Shown here piece after piece: positions 42,926 through 52,510 of a DNA stretch of 64,000 nt. Location: the IMG/VR virus record IMGVR_UViG_3300045988_112440, one strand, 5' to 3'. How positions within the stretch are numbered: the first letter of the stretch is position 1; each line of letters begins with the position of its first letter. Below the pieces are notes generated by a model. The model was not told the DNA's origin. It saw only the letters and a program-made list of their open reading frames with translations, and ran no database searches. Source of the DNA: a virus. Both the position numbers and the translations under genes were made by a program.

Positions 42926-42938
42926 GCAAGGAGGCTTT

Positions 42939-44270
42939 ATGACAGATAAAGAGCTCATAGGTAAGCTTGATGCGATGGTTAAGGCATTGCAGAAAGCAAA
43001 GAAGAAGACGGACAAAACCCGCATTTTGCTGGATGCACGAAAGGATTTTGGCGACGAAGATAATGAGCTGATGTTTTTCTTCAGATTTTTGCTTGACCCA
43101 GCAATTGTGACTGGACTGTCTGACGCAAAGATCAACAAGAAGGTGGCGGCAAAGCCTGATTTGGATTTTGAGCATTACAGTTGTGGATGTCTTTATCTAA
43201 TGGGTAAAGGTCACAACACTGGCTCTGATGCATCCATCGCAACAATCCAAAATTACTTACATAAAAACCATGAGTACGAAGAGTTCCTGAAGCGACTGTT
43301 CACTAAGAACCTGCCGATTGGAGTTGAAGCAGCTACCATCAATAAGGTGTACGGCGAAGAGATTATTCCTGTCTGGGAGGTTCAGCAGGGATATCCGATT
43401 GACAAGGTAAAGCTGAAAGATGGTATTTGGTTTAGTTTGAGCCAGAAGATGAATGGCAACCGGGGCACTATGCATAGAGGTGAAATTATTTCTCGTCAAG
43501 CACAGAAGTTTAAGGGACTCGACCATATAAAGAATGACCTGCTTTCTCTATACGATGGAGACGCCTCCAGGCGAGATGCGTGGGTGTTTGATGGCGAACT
43601 TATCTATAAGAATCCAGAAGGAATGTCAGATGGAGAGGCTTTTCGTTATGGCACTGGCCTACTTAATTCTGACAACAAGGACAAGGCAGGAATCAAATTT
43701 GTGATTTTTGATGTGATTCCTGTTGTAGAGTTCGACCGTGGAAAGTGTACTATCCCATATAAAATTCGCCGTATTTGGTTAAATTGTCTTCGTGCAGAGA
43801 TTACTCGCAAGCACCTTGAAAATATTGAGATTGTTCCCATGGTCTATGAAGGAAAAGACCAAAGCGTGATTCCAAAGTGGCTTGATTATGCTGTCGAGCA
43901 CGATTGGGAAGGTCTTATGTTGAACACGGACGTCCCTTATCGCCGGGCTCGTCACAACGGATGTCTCAAAATAAAGCGATTCTACACTGTTGATCTACGA
44001 ATCACAGCGATTGAGGAAGGTCAGAACCGTCTGGCTGGTACGATGGGCGCTCTTGTTGTTGACTACAAGGGCAACGAGCTTCGTGTCGGATCTGGTTTTG
44101 ATGATGTTACGAGAGTTGCTGTGTGGGCGAATCCAGATGACTACATTGGCAAAATTGTTGAGTGTAAATACAAAGAGGTCACGATGGACAAAAAGACTGG
44201 CCTTGAGTCTCTGCAGTTCCCGACGTTTGTACGATTCCGAAACGACAAGAACGAAGTGAGTTACGGATAA
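42939..44270 (+). CDS. lig: ATP-dependent DNA ligase
   Basis: Motif I SQKMNGNRG (KxNG variant of KxDG), motif III WVFDGELIY, motif IV FVIFDV, motif V EGLMLN..LKIKR. Confidence 0.8.
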   Translation: MTDKELIGKLDAMVKALQKAKKKTDKTRILLDARKDFGDEDNELMFFFRFLLDPAIVTGLSDAKINKKVAAKPDLDFEHYSCGCLYLMGKGHNTGSDASIATIQNYLHKNHEYEEFLKRLFTKNLPIGVEAATINKVYGEEIIPVWEVQQGYPIDKVKLKDGIWFSLSQKMNGNRGTMHRGEIISRQAQKFKGLDHIKNDLLSLYDGDASRRDAWVFDGELIYKNPEGMSDGEAFRYGTGLLNSDNKDKAGIKFVIFDVIPVVEFDRGKCTIPYKIRRIWLNCLRAEITRKHLENIEIVPMVYEGKDQSVIPKWLDYAVEHDWEGLMLNTDVPYRRARHNGCLKIKRFYTVDLRITAIEEGQNRLAGTMGALVVDYKGNELRVGSGFDDVTRVAVWANPDDYIGKIVECKYKEVTMDKKTGLESLQFPTFVRFRNDKNEVSYG

Positions 44271-44280
44271 GGAGAAGGTT

Positions 44281-44553
44281 ATGAATCTTTCCAAGAAGTC
44301 CATTAAACACATTCTTCGGATTCTTGACAATAAATGTATCGAAGTTCCTACAAAGACATCCGCTTATAACAGTAGTGGATGTAGAATTTTGACTCGTGAT
44401 TTTGAGCCAAAGAAGTCACACGGAACGAATGGTTGGCAACGAATCGTCTATGTACCGTCCGAAGGATATTTCTACGGAATTTATAACGGAAAATCGGAAG
44501 AAGATTGGGATATTTCAGATATCTGGTCTCCTGCCCAGCTTTCTGATTTGTGA
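44281..44553 (+). CDS. hypothetical protein
   Basis: AAGGAGAAGG RBS. Confidence 0.55.
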   Translation: MNLSKKSIKHILRILDNKCIEVPTKTSAYNSSGCRILTRDFEPKKSHGTNGWQRIVYVPSEGYFYGIYNGKSEEDWDISDIWSPAQLSDL

Positions 44554-44561
44554 GGTTTACA

Positions 44562-44786
44562 ATGTTTGTTTTAACACAGAATCAAACCGGAGTTGCTGAT
44601 ACCAGTAAATGTTTTGGAATCCATATTGTAGATGAATCAACAGTAATCAGAGCGTATACATTTGATGGAGATGGATGGATGAAACTTGGTAAATATAAAA
44701 CAGTAGAACGAGCAAAAGAAGTAATTCAAGAAATTAACACTGCTCTTTGTGAGAACCGTGTTAGTTTCGATATGCCGGAGGACTAA
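44562..44786 (+). CDS. hypothetical protein (paralog of 44788..45003)
   Basis: MFVLTQ.. and terminal F.MPED. Confidence 0.55.
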   Translation: MFVLTQNQTGVADTSKCFGIHIVDESTVIRAYTFDGDGWMKLGKYKTVERAKEVIQEINTALCENRVSFDMPED

Positions 44787-44787
44787 A

Positions 44788-45003
44788 ATGCTACTTTTAA
44801 CGCAGGGCGGAGAAATTATAAATCTTGAACGCATGGCGATCATTGATGCCGCAAGCCTTAATGTTTACGCACGACAAGGCATGGGTGAACGTGGAATTAT
44901 TCTTGGTAGTTATAATTCTGAGAGCAGATGCTACAATGTTATTGCAGAAATTTATGACGAATATGCACATGGACAGGATGTGTATTCTATGCCGAAGGAT
45001 TAA
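44788..45003 (+). CDS. hypothetical protein (paralog of 44562..44786)
   Basis: MLLLTQ.. and terminal YSMPKD. Confidence 0.55.
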   Translation: MLLLTQGGEIINLERMAIIDAASLNVYARQGMGERGIILGSYNSESRCYNVIAEIYDEYAHGQDVYSMPKD

Positions 45004-45005
45004 CT

Positions 45006-45245
45006 ATGAACGACTTCCGAAAACTAGCCATTCCAAAGAAAGAACGACTTGAAGTTCAACTTACGGATGGCACAGAAAAACACAATATATTGTACATAAT
45101 TACATCTCTAGCCACTATTAAAGGTGCTGAGATTTTTAAAAATTTTCGTTTGTATTCTGTAGGCTCCGCCGGGGAGCTCAACTTACTAGAGAAGCAAGAC
45201 GGCGATCCCTACTTTGATAAGCTGAAAGGAACAGAATATGAGTAA
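45006..45245 (+). CDS. hypothetical protein
   Basis: ATG 2 nt after the upstream stop. Confidence 0.55.
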   Translation: MNDFRKLAIPKKERLEVQLTDGTEKHNILYIITSLATIKGAEIFKNFRLYSVGSAGELNLLEKQDGDPYFDKLKGTEYE

Positions 45246-45585
45246 TTCGATGAATCGAGAAGACCGGCGCAGAGAGCAGCGTAAGGCACGAATCCTTGCC
45301 CGGCGAATCAAAAAGGCCGGTGGTCCCGACTTTCTGGCTGGAATGCCGGTTGAAGAGTGGGAGCCAAAGATTGGTGATGAGGTTACTATTAAGGTAAAGA
45401 GGATTCAGGGCAAGAAGGACTTCTTTAAGATGAGTCCTCAGTATCAGGACTTTATCAATAGCCTTGAGGATGGAAAGCCTTACAAGATTACCAGTACCGG
45501 TATGAAGGGTCAGGTTTACGGCATTGACGCACATCCTTATTTCCAGATTTGGAAGGGTGATATGGAACCCTACAAGGAGCCCTAA
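45238..45585 (+). CDS. hypothetical basic protein
   Basis: Overlapping start; RRREQRKARILARRIKK. Confidence 0.6.
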   Translation: MSNSMNREDRRREQRKARILARRIKKAGGPDFLAGMPVEEWEPKIGDEVTIKVKRIQGKKDFFKMSPQYQDFINSLEDGKPYKITSTGMKGQVYGIDAHPYFQIWKGDMEPYKEP

Positions 45586-45836
45586 TGAGGATGTACTTCA
45601 GAACGGACTATTACAGTTATGTTGCTACAATAGATACTTTTGTTCAACTTAAAAAGGGTAACGCATACGAAGTGTTCGCAGATTTGGATGAATATTACAT
45701 TATTATGATGGATGGTATGCCATTTGAAAAAGAACTAGGCATCGTAGTTGTGATTCCCAAAGAAGACCTTGAAGATGATGTATATGTCGTGACTGGTAAG
45801 AGCGAAAAACTTGAGGAAGGAGGTGGGACGATATGA
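45585..45836 (+). CDS. hypothetical protein
   Basis: AAGGAG RBS; TAATG overlap. Confidence 0.55.
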   Translation: MRMYFRTDYYSYVATIDTFVQLKKGNAYEVFADLDEYYIIMMDGMPFEKELGIVVVIPKEDLEDDVYVVTGKSEKLEEGGGTI

Positions 45837-46036
45837 TTGGTATTGACCATCGTGAACAGGGACGTAAAGAACGAGCCCTTGCAGAATATTATAGAACCTT
45901 GGCTCGATATCCGACTGAATGTGGAGAGCCGATTACATATCAGTTGTCAGAAGAGCAGCTTAAACAGATTCTCTGTGGAGAGATTACTGTTGATGAATTG
46001 ATTGAAAGAGGTGAGGTAAATGAGAGACAGGATTAA
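45833..46036 (+). CDS. hypothetical protein
   Basis: ATGA overlap. Confidence 0.55.
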   Translation: MIGIDHREQGRKERALAEYYRTLARYPTECGEPITYQLSEEQLKQILCGEITVDELIERGEVNERQD

Positions 46037-46184
46037 GATGTGGATCGCCTTCATTAAGATTTTTAAGGATTATCTTATTGCGGCCGGAATCATGATTGCG
46101 TTGTGGTTGCTGTCTTGCCTTATCAAATATGAGATTTCAGTATCCAGTTTTCCAGATTGGTTTAAGTTTGCACTTCTAAAATAA
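46020..46184 (+). CDS. small membrane protein (54 aa)
   Basis: GAGGTAA RBS; TM segment LIAAGIMIALWLLSCLI. Confidence 0.4.
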   Translation: MRDRIKMWIAFIKIFKDYLIAAGIMIALWLLSCLIKYEISVSSFPDWFKFALLK

Positions 46185-46195
46185 AGGAGGATTAA

Positions 46196-46420
46196 ATGGT
46201 AACAGATATTCTTAATAGAGAGATTCATGTTGGCGACACGGTACTTAGAGCTAGAACTCGAAATGGTCGCGGAGTTCTTTGGAGTATTCATAAAGTTATC
46301 TCCATTATGAACGTAATGATTAAGATTCAAGACGGAAAGTACACAACGAATGTTGCACCCAGGAATTGTATCGTAATTGACGAGAGTGACATTCCTGAAA
46401 ACTGGCAGGACGAATATTAA
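46196..46420 (+). CDS. hypothetical protein
   Basis: AAGGAGG RBS. Confidence 0.55.
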   Translation: MVTDILNREIHVGDTVLRARTRNGRGVLWSIHKVISIMNVMIKIQDGKYTTNVAPRNCIVIDESDIPENWQDEY

Positions 46421-46430
46421 GGAGAGTTGA

Positions 46431-47147
46431 ATGACTGTTGATTTGATCGCATACACACAGCGAGTTGTTCCTACAAGTGATAAGAACCCTTTAGATATTG
46501 TGGAGGAAGCTGCGAGTATTTGTTATGATTCTTCAATGACTGACGACTACAAAATTGCCAAGGGATGTAAAGCCAGTGGTCACTATTCTGTGCTTGAACA
46601 CATCAACTTTACGTTCTACGTCAAAGATGTAAGTCGAGCACTTCTGGCACAGATTAGTCGTCATCGACATATTAGCATGAGCTGCCGCAGCCAGCGTTAT
46701 TGCAGCGAGGATGGATTCAAGTATGTGAACCCGTTTACCGGTGAAGATGCTGATGTTTTCGATAATATGATGTCGGACATTGATACCGATTATCAGATCC
46801 TCAAGAAGTATCACAACGCCAAAAACGAAGACGCCCGTGCAGTTCTGCCAAATGCTTGCTGTACAGAGTTTTACATTACGATGAACGCTCGTGCTTTGAT
46901 TGAGATGAGTCATCTTCGACTTTGCTCCAGGGCTCAAAAAGAAATCCGCGAGATGTTTACAGAAATGAAGAATGAAGTTGCACAGGTTTGCCCTGAAGTA
47001 GCAAACTGGATGGTTCCTTCCTGCGAGGCTAATCCGAAGTATCCGTTCTGCCCAGAGGGTCGTGGTTGCTGTGGTCGTCACCCGAAGCTGGCAGATGTTT
47101 ATAAGCCTATTGAAAAGAACAAGGAGGTTATTGATGGAAACACTTGA
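46431..47147 (+). CDS. thyX: FAD-dependent thymidylate synthase ThyX
   Basis: ThyX signature SRHRHISMSCRSQRY (RHRxxS) plus the SVLEH region. Confidence 0.9.
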   Translation: MTVDLIAYTQRVVPTSDKNPLDIVEEAASICYDSSMTDDYKIAKGCKASGHYSVLEHINFTFYVKDVSRALLAQISRHRHISMSCRSQRYCSEDGFKYVNPFTGEDADVFDNMMSDIDTDYQILKKYHNAKNEDARAVLPNACCTEFYITMNARALIEMSHLRLCSRAQKEIREMFTEMKNEVAQVCPEVANWMVPSCEANPKYPFCPEGRGCCGRHPKLADVYKPIEKNKEVIDGNT

Positions 47148-47619
47148 CAAAATTAAGAAGAACGTCGATCATCCGTCTCATTACGGCGGTGCAGACAATC
47201 CCTATGAGGCCATCAAAGTGCTACGGGAGTGGCGGTTAGACAAGGATGCTTATCTTTGGAATGTTGGTAAGTATCTAAGCCGGGCAGGTCACAAAGATGG
47301 TAATTCTCAGCTTCAAGATTTGACGAAGGCACGTTGGTATTTGGACTATAAAATCCGGCTTTTAGAGGAACAACAGAAGATTGCTGAAAGTGTCGTAGAT
47401 ATGCTAAAGAAGATTCCTGATAAGGCTAATGATAAGCTGACTACGATGCCAAAGAAGGACATTAACGATTATTTTTATGATCCAAATCTCGGCGGTGTCT
47501 GCCATGATTTGGTTTATCGTCCTGATGATTCATTTAAAGAAAAACTGGCAAAAGCAGAGCCGATGTGCAACATCGAGACTGCCGTGGTTCCTGATTGCGC
47601 CGATGAGGTCAAGTTTTAA
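47134..47619 (+). CDS. DUF3310-like phage protein with C-terminal extension
   Basis: N-terminal VDHPSHYGG..YEAIKVL..W is the DUF3310/SaV-type signature. Confidence 0.55.
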   Translation: METLDKIKKNVDHPSHYGGADNPYEAIKVLREWRLDKDAYLWNVGKYLSRAGHKDGNSQLQDLTKARWYLDYKIRLLEEQQKIAESVVDMLKKIPDKANDKLTTMPKKDINDYFYDPNLGGVCHDLVYRPDDSFKEKLAKAEPMCNIETAVVPDCADEVKF

Positions 47620-47632
47620 GAGGTTTACATAA

Positions 47633-48190
47633 ATGAGATACAACTGGAAGTTACCTATTATCGTTATTTGTGTCGTGCTGATTTCCATTCTTGGTATGAC
47701 CTTTATGGTGCAGGGGCCTAAGAACACGGCCATCTCTTATGAAGAGCAGATTCAGGAAGCTAAGTCTGGCATTGAGATTCAGGAGAAGCGCAGAGCTGAT
47801 CTGATTCCAAATTTGGTTGAAACCGTCAAGGCTTATGACCAACATGAGTATCAGACTTTGATGGATGTTGTGAATGCTCGTGGCGCTTCCGGCCAGACCG
47901 CTCAAGAGATCACGACTCAGATTGCAGCTATTGCAGAAGCATATCCTGAACTGAAGTCTAGCGACAACTACAAGGAGCTTATGAATGAGCTATCCGTCAC
48001 TGAAAATTTGATTGCAAACTATCGTGGCGATTACAATCGTGTCGTGAAGGAATATAAGCAGAGCGTTCGTAAGTTTCCGAACTCCTTTCTGCTGGGTCTG
48101 ACTGGATATGAGGTTCAGAATTATGAGTATCTGTCCTATGAGGGGAATGAGGCAGCACCGGCAGTCGGCAACCTTTTTGGAAATCGGTAA
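47633..48190 (+). CDS. lemA: LemA-family membrane protein
   Basis: N-terminal TM; RRADLIPNLVETVK, YPELKSSDNY and FPNSFL motifs. Confidence 0.85.
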   Translation: MRYNWKLPIIVICVVLISILGMTFMVQGPKNTAISYEEQIQEAKSGIEIQEKRRADLIPNLVETVKAYDQHEYQTLMDVVNARGASGQTAQEITTQIAAIAEAYPELKSSDNYKELMNELSVTENLIANYRGDYNRVVKEYKQSVRKFPNSFLLGLTGYEVQNYEYLSYEGNEAAPAVGNLFGNR

Positions 48191-48914
48191 TGCCGAAATT
48201 ACTTATCGTGAATTGATCGTCAGTGTTGGTATTGTGTTCATTATGCTGATACTTGGTAGCGTTATCGCTGGAAATATCACCAGAGATTCGCTTGAGCAGA
48301 AGAAAGAATATAATACAGCAATTTCGATTGAGTCCGAAAATATGTTAGATTATGGAATAAGAACTAACGTAGGCAACGCCTTTTGCCAAGGCGCACTAGA
48401 AGCAGTAGATACCGTAAGTGATTCACGTATCGACGGACAGTGGATGTACATCTATTGCGAAGAAAAGCATTATACGATGCATACACGAACTGTAACTACT
48501 ACGGATAGCAAAGGCCATACAAAAACAAGAGTCGAAACGTACTGGACTTGGGATTATTACAGTTCAGAAGAACACAATTCTAAGAATATTACGTTTCTTG
48601 GCAAAGAATTCAAGTATGGTGACATCAAAATGCCATCAAGCAAGTACCTGACAACTGTACAAGTCAGTCCTCATGTGAAATTCGAGTTTTATGTCAAAGA
48701 AGTTCATTATGATGGTACGTTGTTTGCAAATTTGAGCGACGAAAGTATACATGATGCACAATTCATTAAGGATAAAAACATCGAAGAAGCACGAGATTAT
48801 ATGATTTCTGCAGCTGGTACACGGGTGATTTGGTTTTGGGTATTCTGGGTCGTATTGATGGTAGTTGCGGTTGGAGCTTTCTATGTGGCAGAAAATCGTT
48901 GGTTGGAAGATTAA
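48147..48914 (+). CDS. two-TM membrane protein downstream of LemA (start uncertain)
   Basis: TM segments at both ends. No clean RBS; the track ORF opens at 48108. Confidence 0.5.
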   Translation: MRQHRQSATFLEIGNAEITYRELIVSVGIVFIMLILGSVIAGNITRDSLEQKKEYNTAISIESENMLDYGIRTNVGNAFCQGALEAVDTVSDSRIDGQWMYIYCEEKHYTMHTRTVTTTDSKGHTKTRVETYWTWDYYSSEEHNSKNITFLGKEFKYGDIKMPSSKYLTTVQVSPHVKFEFYVKEVHYDGTLFANLSDESIHDAQFIKDKNIEEARDYMISAAGTRVIWFWVFWVVLMVVAVGAFYVAENRWLED

Positions 48915-48925
48915 GGAGTGATTGC

Positions 48926-51136
48926 ATGGAATATGTGATTAAACGCGATGGAACGAAAGTTCTTTTTGATAAGAGTAAGATTGTAAATGCGATTGAGAAG
49001 GCGATGAATGATTCTTCAGATCCTGTTGACCACAAGCTGAGTGATAGTATTGCATCTGAAATCGCAGCCATTGACTCTACTATGGATGTAGAAGCGATTC
49101 AGAATGCAGTTGAGAATCGTCTTATGCAGAGTGGATATTACGAGACGACTCGTTCTTATATGAATTACCGATATCTGCATGGTATTGCTCGCAGCAATTA
49201 CAAAGAGCTGATGGATGCAGTCGAGGAGAAACTTCTCGGCAAAAAGATTGATAACCAGAATGCCAATGTTGATGAAGCATCTTTTGGCGGTCGTATTGGC
49301 GAGATGAGCCGGGTGGTTTCCAAGCGATATGCCCTTGATTATTGCATGTCTAAGATGGCTCGTGAGAATCACGAGAACAACGAAATTTATATCCACGATC
49401 TCGATAGCTACGCAGTTGGTATGCACAATTGCTTGAGTATTCCGTTTGATGACCTGCTTGCGAATGGTTTTAACACTCGCCAGACTGATGTTCGTCCTGC
49501 ACAGTCCATCAGTACGGCATTCCAGCTTGTCGCAGTCATCTTCCAGATTCAAAGTCTTCAGCAGTTCGGCGGCGTGAGCGCAACACACCTAGACTGGACT
49601 ATGGTTCCTTATGTACGGAAGAGCTTTTCGAAGCATTTTAAAGATGGGATTAAATACATTAAGCCTGAAGATGACCCCAGCAGAGTACCAAAAGAATTAT
49701 CTTTTAACGACCTAGAGGCTAATGATCCAAGGAATGCAAAAGTATATCAGTACGCAATGGATATGACCAAACGTGAGTTGAACCAAGCCGTTGAAGGCAT
49801 GTACCATAATCTGAATACACTCCAATCACGTAGCGGAAATCAGCTTCCGTTCACGTCTATCAACTATGGCACATGTACATTGCCTGAAGGCCGAATGGTT
49901 ATCGAAGCATTGCTAAACGCTTCCATTAAGGGTATCGGCAAATTACATAGAACTAGCATTTTCCCTTGTGGTATTTTCCAGATGGCTAAGGGAATCAATC
50001 GTGCTCCCGGAGACCCTAATTACGATATGTATCAGTTGGCACTGCGTTCCACTGCACAGCGTCTTTATCCTAATTATGCCAATGTCGATTGGAGCGGTAA
50101 TGAAGGATACGATAAAAATAATGTAAAAACGTATTTTTCGACGATGGGCTGTAGAACTGCAAATGGTTGGGATGTCAACGGCTTTGAGCAGTTGAAGGAT
50201 GGCCGAGGGAATATCTGTCCTGTTACGATTATTCTTCCTACTCTTGCAATGGAAGCGAAGGAATATACCATTAAAAACGCTACTGGAGAAGACCTTGAAG
50301 GACAGACTGTAGCCAAGTTTATGTCCATTCTTGACCAGAAGTTGCATGAAGCAAAAGATATGCTGATTGAACGCTTCGAGTGGATTTGCTCTCAGTCTCC
50401 TGAGTCTGCAAAATTCATGTGGGAGAATGGAACAATGGCCGGATATGACGGAAAAGATATTCGTTCTGCTCTGAAACATGGCACGTTGGCTGTTGGTTTG
50501 CTCGGCATGGCTGAAACTCTTCAGATTTTGATTGGAGAAGATCAAACTTGTGATAATGGTCTTGAGCTTGCAAAGAAAATTTGTCAGCTCTACAAAGATC
50601 GCTGCGACGAATTCAAGCACAAGTATTCTCTAAATTTTGGCGTGTACTTTACGCCCGCAGAAAACCTTTGTTTTACTGCCATGCAGAGATTTAAGGCCAA
50701 ATATGGTGATATTAAAAACGTTTCAGACAAAGAGTTCTTCACTAACAGTGTCCATGTTCCGGTATGGCGAGAAGTGACACCGTTTGAAAAGATCGATATT
50801 GAGTCTCAGCTTGACGGATATTCAAGCGCAGGCTGCATCGCGTATGTAGAGCTCGACTCGACTGTAAAGAATAATCTCGGTGCGCTGGAAACAATTGTGA
50901 ACTATGCAATGGATCATGACATTCCGTATTTTGCAGTGAATGTTCCAAATGATACCTGTATGGAATGCGGTTATTGTGATGAGATTGGTGATACTTGCCC
51001 TGAGTGTGGAAGTCACAATATTCGGCGTCTTCGTCGTGTAACGGGCTATCTCACGGGCGATTACACTACAGCTTTCAATCTTGGTAAGCAGCAAGAAGTT
51101 GAGCTTCGTGTTAAGCACAATCGAGTGATTCATTAA
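48926..51136 (+). CDS. nrdD: anaerobic (class III) ribonucleoside-triphosphate reductase
   Basis: N-terminal ATP-cone; C-terminal Zn ribbon CMECGY..CPECGS; glycyl-radical RRVTGYL. Confidence 0.9.
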   Translation: MEYVIKRDGTKVLFDKSKIVNAIEKAMNDSSDPVDHKLSDSIASEIAAIDSTMDVEAIQNAVENRLMQSGYYETTRSYMNYRYLHGIARSNYKELMDAVEEKLLGKKIDNQNANVDEASFGGRIGEMSRVVSKRYALDYCMSKMARENHENNEIYIHDLDSYAVGMHNCLSIPFDDLLANGFNTRQTDVRPAQSISTAFQLVAVIFQIQSLQQFGGVSATHLDWTMVPYVRKSFSKHFKDGIKYIKPEDDPSRVPKELSFNDLEANDPRNAKVYQYAMDMTKRELNQAVEGMYHNLNTLQSRSGNQLPFTSINYGTCTLPEGRMVIEALLNASIKGIGKLHRTSIFPCGIFQMAKGINRAPGDPNYDMYQLALRSTAQRLYPNYANVDWSGNEGYDKNNVKTYFSTMGCRTANGWDVNGFEQLKDGRGNICPVTIILPTLAMEAKEYTIKNATGEDLEGQTVAKFMSILDQKLHEAKDMLIERFEWICSQSPESAKFMWENGTMAGYDGKDIRSALKHGTLAVGLLGMAETLQILIGEDQTCDNGLELAKKICQLYKDRCDEFKHKYSLNFGVYFTPAENLCFTAMQRFKAKYGDIKNVSDKEFFTNSVHVPVWREVTPFEKIDIESQLDGYSSAGCIAYVELDSTVKNNLGALETIVNYAMDHDIPYFAVNVPNDTCMECGYCDEIGDTCPECGSHNIRRLRRVTGYLTGDYTTAFNLGKQQEVELRVKHNRVIH

Positions 51137-51166
51137 CGTATAAGTGGCGGGTTGGTGGGATTACAT

Positions 51167-51244
51167 ATGAAAGAAATCATTGTTTTCTTTGTGATTGTAT
51201 GGGTTATCGCCTATTACGTTTTAAAAGATAACTACAAAGATTAA
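51167..51244 (+). CDS. possible 25-aa hydrophobic peptide
   Basis: MKEIIVFFVIVWVIAYYVL; weak RBS. Confidence 0.3.
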   Translation: MKEIIVFFVIVWVIAYYVLKDNYKD

Positions 51245-51254
51245 GGAGATGTTT

Positions 51255-52106
51255 ATGAAGAAATTTATGGCAATTTTTGTTGCATTCCTCGTTGCGGTTG
51301 GCGCAGTGCTTTGTACCGAGCGAGTACATACTGGTTATGTTGGCGTTGTTTATTCCGCAAAGGGTGTCGAGCAGCAAACTATTTCTCAGGGCTGGCATTT
51401 TATGAGCCCTCTGAAGCATGTGTCTGAGTTCCCGATTACTCAGCAGCGAGTAGTCTTTTCTAATGCTCCGTCCGACTATGGTGCAAAGGAACACGCAGAT
51501 TGGCACATTGACGCTCCTGCTAATGGCGGTACGATTGCAATCAACCTGACTGTCAATTATAACTTCCTACCGGAGCATGTTGTTGAACTGTACACCAAGT
51601 TTGGTGGTATGGACGGTGAGAGCCTGATGGAGAGCAAGATCCAGAATGATATTATTGCTTACGTCAAGGAAGTTACTCCTCAGTTCAGTGTCATGCAGAT
51701 TTATTCCGATGACCGTGCAGGTGTTAATACCGCAATCACCAACTATCTGAATGAGAAGCTGACCGCAGAATATGGTATCAATGTTTCTTCCGCACTGATT
51801 GTTGATGCACAGCCTGATGATACCCTGATGCAGAAGATTCGTGCCAAGGAGCAGGCAAAGCAGGATGCAGAGATTGCAGAGCTGAATAAGCAGACCGCTC
51901 TGGCTCAGGCAGAGACTGATAAGGTTAAGGCACAGACGGAAGCTGACGTTAAGATGATCGAAGCACAGGCCGAGGCTGATGCAAACAAGGTACTCTCGGA
52001 GTCTATTACTCCTGAACTGATTCAGATGAAGGAAGCAGAAGCTCGTCTGAAGCATGGTTGGGTCACCGTTCAGGGTGCAGATACAGTCGTCACCAAGGGT
52101 GAGTAA
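51255..52106 (+). CDS. SPFH/band-7 (stomatin/prohibitin-like) membrane protein
   Basis: N-terminal TM; GYVGVVYS..GWHFMSP core; A/Q/E-rich coiled-coil tail. Confidence 0.8.
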   Translation: MKKFMAIFVAFLVAVGAVLCTERVHTGYVGVVYSAKGVEQQTISQGWHFMSPLKHVSEFPITQQRVVFSNAPSDYGAKEHADWHIDAPANGGTIAINLTVNYNFLPEHVVELYTKFGGMDGESLMESKIQNDIIAYVKEVTPQFSVMQIYSDDRAGVNTAITNYLNEKLTAEYGINVSSALIVDAQPDDTLMQKIRAKEQAKQDAEIAELNKQTALAQAETDKVKAQTEADVKMIEAQAEADANKVLSESITPELIQMKEAEARLKHGWVTVQGADTVVTKGE

Positions 52107-52120
52107 ATGAGGCTTTAAAA

Positions 52121-52291
52121 ATGAAAATTTTCGCAAATATCTTAGGATTTATTTTATCCTGGTTTATCACAGTCCTTATTCTCTACGGTGTTTGGAAAAT
52201 GCTTGGGCCAAATTTTAGACTGTGGGTTGCAAGTGGAATCTGGTTAATTCTACTTGTGTTTGGAGGTTTTAAAACTAACAAGAGTCAATAA
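52121..52291 (+). CDS. small two-TM membrane protein (56 aa)
   Basis: Follows the SPFH gene; hydrophobic throughout. Confidence 0.45.
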   Translation: MKIFANILGFILSWFITVLILYGVWKMLGPNFRLWVASGIWLILLVFGGFKTNKSQ

Positions 52292-52332
52292 ATAAATTAG
52301 TAGGGTGGGTGTGGTGGCATGAAAGGAGCTAT

Positions 52333-52509
52333 ATGGATTATTGGTCTGTTGAAGTAATGTACTACGATGATGGGCATCAGGAACTCAATACATATATGGT
52401 CAAAGCGCAGGATCAAAATGATGCCATGAACAAAGCACACCATCGCTTTGAAAAATCTCATCCCGGTATGAGTTGTATGGTCCAGAACACAGAAAAGGTA
52501 GGTGGTTAA
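52333..52509 (+). CDS. hypothetical protein
   Basis: AAAGGAG RBS plus ATG 52333; G-rich tract upstream. Confidence 0.5.
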   Translation: MDYWSVEVMYYDDGHQELNTYMVKAQDQNDAMNKAHHRFEKSHPGMSCMVQNTEKVGG

Positions 52510-52510
52510 G

